Shown here: positions 38,969-46,851 of the stretch, in pieces | How positions within the stretch are numbered: the stretch's first letter is position 1 | Layout: every line of letters starts with the position of its first letter | Assembly: GCA_963822385.1 (NCBI GenBank) | Contig: CAWGHJ010000003.1 | Span: forward strand, 1,627,919 to 1,691,918 | Direction of reading: 5' to 3' | Length of the DNA: 64,000 nt | Source: an uncultured Actinomycetes bacterium | GTDB taxonomy: Bacteria > Actinomycetota > Acidimicrobiia > Acidimicrobiales > Ilumatobacteraceae | Program-made: the position numbers and the translations under genes | The notes under the pieces: model-generated | Seen by the model: only the letters and a program-made list of their open reading frames with translations | Database searches by the model: none | Told to the model about the DNA's origin: nothing

Positions 38969-39273
38969 AAGGATTCCGCCTCGCGCTCGGACTCATCGGA
39001 CTGATGCTCGGATTGCAGGCCTGCGATCGTCCGTTCGACACTTCGGTTCAGGTCGTCAGCACGGGGAGCCAGGTGTGCGTCGAGGGAGTTGAGAACCACA
39101 CCTCCAAGTGCTTCGCCAGTGGTGACCTACCCGCCGAACTCGCAGCCGCGCCGGTAGGTGCCTGCTTCGTCGTAAGGATGAGCCAAAGCGTTGAAATCCT
39201 GTCGGTGCGCAGGGCCTGCCCGGCAGCAAGACGCGAGCAGATGGAACGCGGCCACGCACAGCGCTGCCGATAG
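38961..39273 (+). pseudogene. hypothetical lipoprotein (cassette 8), apparent +1 frameshift right after the start
   Basis: ATG 38961 gives MLRRI. One base later the frame of ORF 38911 gives RLALGLIGLMLGLQAC DRPF.., which is a signal peptide plus lipobox. The TAG stop lies inside the R9 core. Confidence 0.4.
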
Positions 39274-39315
39274 GTGCGGACCATCGGCAGCTGCGGGCGT
39301 TTCTGTCGCGCTAGC
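39258..39315 (+). repeat. cassette-array repeat copy R9 (last)
   Basis: ACAGCGCTGCCGATAGGTGCGGACCATCGGCAGCTGCGGGCGTTTCTGTCGCGCTAGC. It has an internal 8-bp inverted repeat, CTGCCGAT/ATCGGCAG. Confidence 0.75.
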
Positions 39316-39394
39316 AGTTCGCCGACGGATCACGGCATCCACACCACCACCCACTGTCGGCCTCGACCTGATCTCAGAATCCTCGTCGAACGTG

Positions 39395-39423
39395 TTGACA
39401 ATCGAACGTATGTTCGATATGAT
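39395..39423 (+). promoter_or_regulatory. sigma-70-type promoter with embedded perfect LexA/SOS box
   Basis: TTGACA (39395-39400), a 17-nt spacer and TATGAT (39418-39423). The spacer is aTCGAACGTATGTTCGA, i.e. TCGAAC-N4-GTTCGA at 39402-39417. The ATG lies 6 nt after the -10, so the transcript is probably leaderless. Confidence 0.7.
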
Positions 39424-39429
39424 GGGATC

Positions 39430-40712
39430 ATGGACGAGATCTTCGATCTTCTCGACAGCGCCGCTGCTGCGGCTGCGGATCTCGTCCCCTTGTGTACGGG
39501 AACGGTGTCGCAACGTTGTGCCCTGCTCGCCCTGCAGACCCACCTCGATCGCATCGGGGTGGTCCAGGCCAAGCTCCTCGCCTTGGCCGAGGCGTCGAAA
39601 GCCCATGAGGGCACCGGGGCACGGAACGCGGCGGGTGGTTGGCGGGGAAGTCGAAGTCGTCGCTCGGTTCGGCTCGCAAGAAGGCGGAGTTGGGTGAGGC
39701 GATGAACAAGTCGAAAGCCCTCGACGACGCCGTCACCAACGGCGAACTCTCGCCCGACGCCGCGGCCGCGTTGCACGACGCGGTGACGAACCCACCGGAG
39801 GGTGCGTCCGAGGCTGATGTGGATCAGTTGGTCGACGCGGTCAAGGGTGCCGATCCGTTCGAAGCCAAGCAGGCCGCGAACCGGTGGAAAGAGATCCTCT
39901 CCTCCGAGTCGGAAGAGCAGGCCGAGGAACGCCGCCACCAACAACGCTCCGTGCGGATGACCGCCCCCTGCGATGGTCTCGTCACCATCAACGCGACATT
40001 GCCGGTGCTGCAAGCGCGTCAGGTGTACGCGTCGGTGTCCCACATTGCCGGCCAGTACGGCAAGGACGACTCGCGCACCACCGAGCAACGCTTGGCCGAC
40101 GGGCTCGTCGAACTCGCCACCGCGTACGCGAAGGGTCAGATCACCGGTGGGCGGGAGAACCCGAACCTGCTGATCACCATCCCCGTCGACTCACTCACCG
40201 GACACTCCGACGAACCCGGCGTCACCAGTTGGGGTGACCGGATCCCCGCGTTCGTCGTGCGCCGCCTGGCGGAGAATGCGACCCTGCAGCGGGTGTTGCA
40301 GGCCGGGTCGCACATCCTCGACCTCGGCCGGTCGGTCCGCCTCGCGACCGATCAGCAGTACCAAGCGCTTGTCGTTCGCGACGGTGGGTGCCGGTGGCCC
40401 GAGTGTCACCTCCCCGCCGCGTGGTGTCAGATCGATCACCTCACCGACTGGATCCTCGACGGGCCGACGGATCTGGACAACCTGGTCCTGTGGTGCACGT
40501 TCCATCACCACGAGAAACACCGCCCCGGCGTCACAGTGTTGGGCAACGCCCACGACCTCCGCCTCCAACTCGCGGACGGCACGATCGTGCACTGCCCACC
40601 CAAGAACGGCAGAGACGTCACCAGGAACTCAAGTTCGCGCCAGACCAGCCGGGCAGAGCAGGGCGACCTGTTCGACGAACCGCCCGAACGATCTACCCAG
40701 GCGGCGGCCTGA
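39430..40712 (+). pseudogene. DUF222 / HNH endonuclease (REP13E12-type), frameshifted near 39633
   Basis: The N-terminal DUF222-like helical region (MDEIFDLLDSAAA..LLALAEASKAHEGTGARNAAG) is in one frame. The rest is in the next frame: LAGKSKSSLG...ATDQQYQALVVRDGGCRWPEC..IDHLTDW..NLVLWCTFHHHEKH, which contains the HNH motif. Confidence 0.85.
40616..40641 (+). repeat. solitary copy of the 26-bp GAAC-N4-GTTC repeat family
   Basis: cgtcaccagGAACTCAAGTTCgcgcc lies inside the last 100 nt of the HNH ORF. Confidence 0.65.
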
Positions 40713-40854
40713 GATCACGCGCCGAGCACACCGACCACCACCCGTCGAACGTGCAACCCAACCGGGAAACCCGCGCCACCGCGGTGGGCAGCGGCGCGTT
40801 CACACCCCGCACTACCCTCTGCCCGATGCGGTCGACGACGGATACGGACGGACG

Positions 40855-41544
40855 ATGACCGAGCTGCCGCTCATCGGGCGGGGACGTGCCGCCGACGTGT
40901 ACGACGCCGGCAACGGGCGGGTCCTGCGCCGCTATCGCGAACCGAGCGGTGCGTCGATGGAGCGCGAGGCACTGGCCATGCGCCACCTGCGCGCCCACGG
41001 CGTCCCGGTACCCGAGGTGTACGACGTGAGCGGCGACGAGATGGTGATGGAGCGACTCGACGGGCCGACGATGCTCGACACGTTGAAGTCGAAGCCGTGG
41101 CGGGCCGGCGCGGTCGGACGCACGCTCAGGGAGCTGCACTCGCGCATCCACGCCGTCCCCGCGCACGGGTTGGACATCCGCCGCTTCAGCGACGGCGACG
41201 CCGTGCTGCACTTCGACCTGCACCCCGACAACGTCATGGTCACCTCGAAGGGTCCGATGGTGATCGACTGGAGCAACGTCGCGATCGGCGATCCGCTGGC
41301 CGACGTGATGCACTCGTGGATGATCATGGTCACCAGTTCGCCGGAGGACGTGCCACTCCTGCTGCGGCCGATCCTGCAGCGAGTCCGTCGATCGCTGACG
41401 CAGGGCTACCTGGGCGAGACCCCGCTCGACGAACCGGCCCGACGCTGGCTGCAACGGGTGTGCGAGCAGCGCGTGCTCGACCCGCACACGTTCGAGCACG
41501 AGCGAGATCGAGTGCGAGCCCTCGCCGCGGAGCACCCGGGCTGA
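40855..41544 (+). CDS. phosphotransferase (APH/choline-kinase-like) family protein
   Basis: LIGRGRAADVYDAG.., catalytic HFDLHPDNVMV and IDWSNVAIGDPLADV. Confidence 0.8.
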   Translation: MTELPLIGRGRAADVYDAGNGRVLRRYREPSGASMEREALAMRHLRAHGVPVPEVYDVSGDEMVMERLDGPTMLDTLKSKPWRAGAVGRTLRELHSRIHAVPAHGLDIRRFSDGDAVLHFDLHPDNVMVTSKGPMVIDWSNVAIGDPLADVMHSWMIMVTSSPEDVPLLLRPILQRVRRSLTQGYLGETPLDEPARRWLQRVCEQRVLDPHTFEHERDRVRALAAEHPG

Positions 41545-41550
41545 CGGCAG

Positions 41551-41766
41551 CTACTGCTTCAGCCAGGCCTTGAACTTGGCCATCGACCCCACCGGTTCGG
41601 GCGGCGCGGTCGTCGTCTTGCCCTTGGGCTTGGCCTTGGGTGCCCCGGTCTCGCGGCACGAGCAGCGCTGACTCTTCGGGACATCGCCGAGCACCTGCTC
41701 GACGTGGGCGCCACACCCGGCCCAACTCGGCTTCCCACACTGCTTGCACGTCGTCCGTCTGCACAT
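41551..41766 (-). CDS. small Cys-rich hypothetical protein with Lys-rich tail
   Basis: MCRRTTCKQCGKPSWAGCGAHVEQVL..SQRCSCRE... (71 aa). It resembles a small protein I recall as conserved in actinobacteria. Confidence 0.5.
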   Translation of the reverse strand: MCRRTTCKQCGKPSWAGCGAHVEQVLGDVPKSQRCSCRETGAPKAKPKGKTTTAPPEPVGSMAKFKAWLKQ

Positions 41767-41809
41767 ACCCCCCAGGGTATCACCCTGAGGGGTCTGTGCA
41801 ACGATCGGA

Positions 41810-43924
41810 TCAGCCGACGGCGAGGTCGACCGTCCCCTCCCCCAGCGCCACGGGCGCCGGCGGCTCGACGGCAGGCGCACCGCCGCCGAGGTGCTGGATC
41901 AGCGTCGCCGCCAGGCCGTCGATGGTGCTGCCACCACCGGTGACGAGCACGTTCGGCATGACGTCGATGCGGCCCTCGGCGATCGCGTTGATCGCTGCGA
42001 CGATCGCGGTCGCCGCCGCGCCCAGCGCCTCCTTCTGCTTCTCGAAGCCCTCGGCGCGGGCCAAGCCCAACGCCTCGGCGGCCTTGGCCTCGGCCAGACC
42101 CACGGCCTCGGCGCGACTGGCCTCGGCAGCACCCACGGCCTGCACCTTGGTGGCCTCGGCGAGGCCGATGTTCGAGATGCGGCTGGCGTCGGCCTTGCCC
42201 ATGACCTCCACCTTCGTCGCCTCGGCGCGGGCCGTGGTCTCGACGTACGACGCCTCACCCCGCGCCTGCTCGGCACGGGCCTCGGCGGCGTTGTGGTTGA
42301 TCTCGATGCTGACCTGCGAACTGGCCAGCTGGCCCTGCATGTCGGCCGTGCCGCGTGCCTTCTCGACCTCGATGCGGGCCGACTGCGCCTCGCGCTGCTC
42401 GTGGAACGTCGCCTTCTCCTGCTTGGCGATCTCGCGCTCGGTCAACACCTGCACGAGCTCGACCGGGAAGATGACGTCCTGGATGTACACGCCGCGCGTC
42501 TCGACGTCGTACGACGCGAGATAGCGGGTGACCGCCTCGAGCGCAGCCTGCTGCACCTCGTCACGGGTCTCGATGAAGCGCACGGCCTCGAGCCGCTGCA
42601 GGGTGTTGCGGAAGTGGTTGCCCACTGCCGACTGCAGCACCTCGTTGACCAGGTTCTGCATCGTCCCGACCATCGAGATGACCTTCGGCGCCTTGGTGTC
42701 GCTGACGTGGATCTGCACCTGCAGGTCGATCGAGAACACGAAGCCTTCACGGCTCTTGCCGTCGATCGCGCTGAGCGACGAGTCGAGGTCGTGGGCCTTG
42801 CTCGATGCGCTCGCCCAGTTGAGGGTGAGGATCGACGTGGGCACGATCTCGGCCGCGTAGATGCGCGGGTTGATCGGGTACTTGCCGGTGCGCAACGGCT
42901 CTTGCCAGATGCCGCGACGACCGGGTTGCACGATCGAGCCGAACTTGAACTCGACGCCGCTGGTGTCGAGCGTGGGCAGACCCACGAAGCTCTTCACCAC
43001 GGCGACCTCGCCCTGACGGACGACGAGCATCGGCACCATCTCGACGCGCACCAGGAACGGGTTCAACAGGTAGGCGCCGTACAGCAGCGGGTCGTGCTGC
43101 AGACCGATGCGACCACCGTGGGCCATGAAGGCCTGGAAGTCCTGGTAGTTGTTGTGCAGCTCGTTCTTGCGACCGAGCAGCGTGTCGATGATCTCGGCGT
43201 CGGTGGCTCCCTCGGACTCCATCGCCTCGACGTCGGCGAAGCCGCCCAGGCGGCTGGCGATGTCGCCGGCCGGCAGCGGCTCGCCCTCGAGCGCGGTGAC
43301 GATGCCGACCATGTCGGTCGTGCCGTTCGGGGCGATGATGGTGACCCGCAACTGCTCGGGGCTGAGCCCGAACACGTCGGGGGTGATGCCGCCGCGTTGG
43401 CGGACCACGGCCTGCAGTTCGCTGGACACCGGTGCGCCGTAGACGCGGCTGGCGGTGATCACGAGGAACGCCGCAGGATGGATCGGCACCAGGGTGCCCG
43501 GGGGCAGCACGGGACGCTGGACGCCCTTCTGCCCGCCGTTGGCGAGGAACGCATCGAGGTCGTTGAAGTTCCCGAACTCGGGACGGAACTCGCCGCTCTT
43601 CGCGCCGATCTTCAGCGGGTCGCCCACCTGGGCGATGACCACGCCGATCTCACCGGCCGGCACCTGCACCCACGGGTGCTTGGTGACGGCGTTGACGGGC
43701 CACAGCTTGAAGCGCAGACCCGGCATGAGCAGCCCGGCCTGGAAGCCGGCCTCACCCTGCAGGGCGACGGGGTTGCCCTCGTCGAGGCTGCGCCGAGCGA
43801 GGCGCTTGTTGACCAGGCCGACCTCGGAGGGGCCGATGCTGTGGAAGGACCGCAGCAGGATCAGGACGATCGCTGCGACCACGACCAGGATGATGACAAG
43901 GAGAACGATGCCGACGGTCGACAT
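41810..43924 (-). CDS. flotillin-like SPFH/band-7 domain protein
   Basis: An N-terminal TM is followed by an SPFH-type core and a long Ala/Glu-rich coiled-coil with repeated AEA..KV..G units, as in flotillin/YqiK. Confidence 0.85.
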   Translation of the reverse strand: MSTVGIVLLVIILVVVAAIVLILLRSFHSIGPSEVGLVNKRLARRSLDEGNPVALQGEAGFQAGLLMPGLRFKLWPVNAVTKHPWVQVPAGEIGVVIAQVGDPLKIGAKSGEFRPEFGNFNDLDAFLANGGQKGVQRPVLPPGTLVPIHPAAFLVITASRVYGAPVSSELQAVVRQRGGITPDVFGLSPEQLRVTIIAPNGTTDMVGIVTALEGEPLPAGDIASRLGGFADVEAMESEGATDAEIIDTLLGRKNELHNNYQDFQAFMAHGGRIGLQHDPLLYGAYLLNPFLVRVEMVPMLVVRQGEVAVVKSFVGLPTLDTSGVEFKFGSIVQPGRRGIWQEPLRTGKYPINPRIYAAEIVPTSILTLNWASASSKAHDLDSSLSAIDGKSREGFVFSIDLQVQIHVSDTKAPKVISMVGTMQNLVNEVLQSAVGNHFRNTLQRLEAVRFIETRDEVQQAALEAVTRYLASYDVETRGVYIQDVIFPVELVQVLTEREIAKQEKATFHEQREAQSARIEVEKARGTADMQGQLASSQVSIEINHNAAEARAEQARGEASYVETTARAEATKVEVMGKADASRISNIGLAEATKVQAVGAAEASRAEAVGLAEAKAAEALGLARAEGFEKQKEALGAAATAIVAAINAIAEGRIDVMPNVLVTGGGSTIDGLAATLIQHLGGGAPAVEPPAPVALGEGTVDLAVG

Positions 43925-44005
43925 CGCTCACCCCCTTTCTCGGGTTGCCCCGCATAGGTGAACGTGTTTGCCGACCAGACTTCCCGGCGCACCAGACGAG
44001 ATGGA

Positions 44006-44047
44006 CTTGTTCTGCACCTGTCTGCTTCTTGTTCTACACCTGTCTAC
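44006..44047 (-). promoter_or_regulatory. two 20-bp direct repeats upstream of the flotillin gene
   Basis: CTTGTTCTGCACCTGTCTGC (44006) and CTTGTTCTACACCTGTCTAC (44028) have a 22-bp period. They lie 82-123 nt upstream of the flotillin ATG. The second overlaps the PAP2 gene stop. Confidence 0.25.
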
Positions 44048-44889
44048 ATGGAAGTCAAGGGCTGCTCGAACGACCGTTCAGCTTCCCCATCCGCCGGAAC
44101 CGGGTTCAGCACCGTGCGTCGACGGGAGAATACCCTGCTGTCGATCCACAGCGCGACGCCCAACAGTCCGATGGCGACGAGGCCGTCGAGCCACCAGTGG
44201 TTGCCGGTCGCCGACACGGCCAGCATCGTCAGCACGAGGTGACCGAGCGCCAGCCATCGCCACCGACTGGTGCTCGCCGCCACCACCCCGAAGGCCACCA
44301 CCGCGGCCCACCCGACGTGGATGGACGGCATCGCCGCGAACTGGTCGGAGACGCCCGTGCCGACCGGGCCGTACACCGACCAGCCGAAGGTGGTCGCGAG
44401 GTCGACGTAGCCGAGGTCGGTGAGGAACCGCGGCGGGGCCACACGCACGAAGCGGATCACGAGGCAGAACCCGGTGACCATCGCCAGCGCGTTCCTCCAC
44501 CGCGGGTACGCGTCGCGGTGACGGACGAACAGCCACACCAGGAACGCGACGGTCGCCGGCACGTGGACGATCGCGTAGTACCAGTTCAGCCCGCGACCGA
44601 CCCACTGGTGATCGAGGGAGAAGTGCTGCAGGGAGAGCTCGGTCGGGAAGTGCAGCCACTGCTGCAGGTCGTCGATGTGCCGAGCCCGTTCGATGGCGCC
44701 GTCCTCGGTGGCGAACGGCAGGGTGCGGGCGATGCGCCACACGGCGTAGAGCGCGCCGAGCAGGGCGAGTTCGGTGAGCGCCGGGGCGGCCGCGTCACGC
44801 ACCTTCGAGGGCGGCCGCCGTCGGAGCACGGCGACACCCGACAGGCACACCACTGCGAGGGCGACTCCCTGCTGCCACGTCGGCCACAT
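44044..44889 (-). CDS. PAP2-superfamily membrane protein (phosphatase / phosphotransferase-like)
   Basis: Multi-TM protein with AAMPSIHVGWA and SATGNHWWLDG, motifs typical of the PAP2_3-type family. Confidence 0.65.
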   Translation of the reverse strand: MWPTWQQGVALAVVCLSGVAVLRRRPPSKVRDAAAPALTELALLGALYAVWRIARTLPFATEDGAIERARHIDDLQQWLHFPTELSLQHFSLDHQWVGRGLNWYYAIVHVPATVAFLVWLFVRHRDAYPRWRNALAMVTGFCLVIRFVRVAPPRFLTDLGYVDLATTFGWSVYGPVGTGVSDQFAAMPSIHVGWAAVVAFGVVAASTSRWRWLALGHLVLTMLAVSATGNHWWLDGLVAIGLLGVALWIDSRVFSRRRTVLNPVPADGEAERSFEQPLTSM

Positions 44890-44907
44890 GCCGCACAGTC
44901 TGCCCGC

Positions 44908-45384
44908 TCAGGAACGGCGCAGCGTGGCGGTGAGGTGCAGTTGGTGGGGCTCGCCCACCGCGGCCATGTGCAACTCGTACTCGAGGACGTCGCCGCGCAG
45001 GCGGAGCCGACGCTCGACCGAGTCGACCCGCTTCGCCGTCGGCGACGCAGCCACCGTGATCGTGTGCAGGATCAGGTCGAGACCGCCGTCGACCAGGCCC
45101 ACCGTGCCGGTGTGCACCTCGCTGACACCCGTGGGTGAGGCGACGACGAGCTCGGGGGCACCACTCGCCCACCGCAGGTAGCCCGCCTCGGCGTGCAGGG
45201 GCCGCCCGTCGTCGACGGCGTTCGTGCGTTGCGTGTAGGCGAGGAAGGGCTTCACGCCACCGTCGGCGAAGGAGATCTCCTCGAGGTACTCGAACGTGGA
45301 GATCGTCGGGTAGACACCACGACCACGGCCCGCCCACGTGCCGGTGAGCAACGCGAGCGGGCCGAGACGATCGTCGTTCGTCAT
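44908..45384 (-). CDS. nitrobindin / FABP-like beta-barrel protein (DUF1794, UPF0678)
   Basis: LALLTGTWAGRGRGVYPTISTFEYLEEISFADGGKPFLAY.. is the family-typical N-terminal signature. Confidence 0.8.
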   Translation of the reverse strand: MTNDDRLGPLALLTGTWAGRGRGVYPTISTFEYLEEISFADGGVKPFLAYTQRTNAVDDGRPLHAEAGYLRWASGAPELVVASPTGVSEVHTGTVGLVDGGLDLILHTITVAASPTAKRVDSVERRLRLRGDVLEYELHMAAVGEPHQLHLTATLRRS

Positions 45385-45412
45385 GAGCGGACGTTCATGG
45401 GTGAGGCGTCGG

Positions 45413-46703
45413 TCACGGACCGGTGAACAGGCGGCCCTTGGCCACGTGCTGCGAGTCGTTGCCCTCGCGGCGGTCGGATTCGCGGTTCTTGACCTCGGCG
45501 CGGGCGACCACCTGGTGGTGCACCTCGTCGGGGCCATCGGCCAGCCGCAGGGTGCGCTGGCTGTGGTACATCTCGGCCAGCGGGAACCACTGCGAGATGC
45601 CGGCCGCACCGTGCATCTGGATGACTTCGTCGATGATGTCGCAGCACTTCTCGGGCACCATCGCCTTGACGGCGCTCACCCACACACGGGCCTCGGCGTT
45701 GCCGAGGGTGTCCATGGCCTTCGCGCCACGGAGCACCATCAGACGCATCGCCTCGACCTCGATGCGAGCACGCGACAGCACCTCCATGTTCTTGCCGAGG
45801 TTGATGAGCTTCTTGCCGAACCCCTCGCGGCTGACGCCACGGTCGACCGCCATCTCGATGGCCCGCTCGGCAACGCCGATGGAGCGCATGCAGTGGTGGA
45901 TGCGGCCCGGCCCGAGACGCAACTGCGAGATCTCGAAGCCCTTGCCCTCACCCCACAGCACGTTCGACTTGGGGACGCGGACGTCGTTGAAGCGGATGTG
46001 CATGTGGCCGTGCGGTGCGTCGTCGGCGCCGAACACCTGCATCGCCTCGACGATCTCGACACCGGGGGTGTCCTTGGGGACCAGGATCTGCGACTGCTGC
46101 TTGTACGTGTCGGCATCGGGGTTGGTGCGGACCATGACGATCATGATCTTGCAACGCGGGTCGCCGGCGCCCGAGGCGTAGAACTTCGAGCCGTTGATGA
46201 CCCACTCGTCGCCGTCGAGGACGGCCGTCGTCTGGATCTGCTTGGCGTCGGAGCTCATCACGCCCGGCTCGGTCATCACGTACGCCGACCGGATCTCGCC
46301 GTTCAACAGCGGCTCGAGCCACTGCGCCTTCTGCTCCGGGGTGCCGACGCGCTCGAGGACCTCCATGTTGCCGGTGTCGGGTGCCGAGCAGTTCAGGCAC
46401 TCCGAGGCCAGCCGGTTCTTGCCCAGCTCGGCGGCGATGTAGGCGTAGTCGAGGTTGCTGAGGCCCTCGCCGGTCTCGGCGTTGGGCAGGAAGAAGTTCC
46501 ACAGACCCTGCGCCTTCGCCTTGGCCTTCACCGTGTCGAGCAGCTCGAGCTGACCCGGAGCCCAGCTCCAGCGGTCGGCGCGACCCTGGCCCAGGCGGTG
46601 GAACTCTTCCGTGATCGGGATCGACCTCGTCGCGGATGAAGGCCTTCACGGCCTCGTACAGGGGTCGCACCCCTTCGGACATCCGCAGGTCGAAATCGTC
46701 CAT
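45413..46703 (-). pseudogene. acyl-CoA dehydrogenase, frameshifted near 46600-46625
   Basis: The N-terminal 30 aa (MDDFDLRMSEGVRPLYEAVKAFIRDEVDP) is in one frame. The rest is in the ORF 45413..46531 frame (GLWNFFLP.., YVMTEPGV.SSDA, WGEGKGFEISQLRLGPGRIHHCMR). An alternative ATG lies at 46733. Confidence 0.85.
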
Positions 46704-46851
46704 GCTGGCGCTCTTCAGTGCACCACCGGTCATCTGTGTACCTCCACTACTCGACGTCGGCATCGGCATCGGCCTGACTGAGGGCGACCGTAGCCGCCAG
46801 CGCCCGGAACGCCAGAGGTGGAACGTCCGTCCAGCGCCGCGGCAGGGCGAC

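Noticed and set aside
38542-39099. 185-aa minus-strand ORF (and 38454-38870, 138 aa) inside the array
   Set aside because: They run across repeat R8 and are antisense to plus-strand ORFs that have clear TM or lipoprotein features. Their composition is unremarkable and their boundaries ignore the repeat punctuation.
35841-39315. Canonical (class 1/chromosomal) integron
   Set aside because: No intI-type tyrosine recombinase, attI or Pc is present in the window. The repeats lack the conserved RYYYAAC / GTTRRRY attC core triplets. Only the overall architecture is integron-like, so it is reported as a divergent or novel array rather than as an integron.
41891-43957. 688-aa ORF antisense to the flotillin gene
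   Set aside because: Its composition (Asp/Arg/Leu/Gly/His repeats) mirrors the antisense of the Ala/Glu-rich flotillin coiled-coil. No independent motifs are present.
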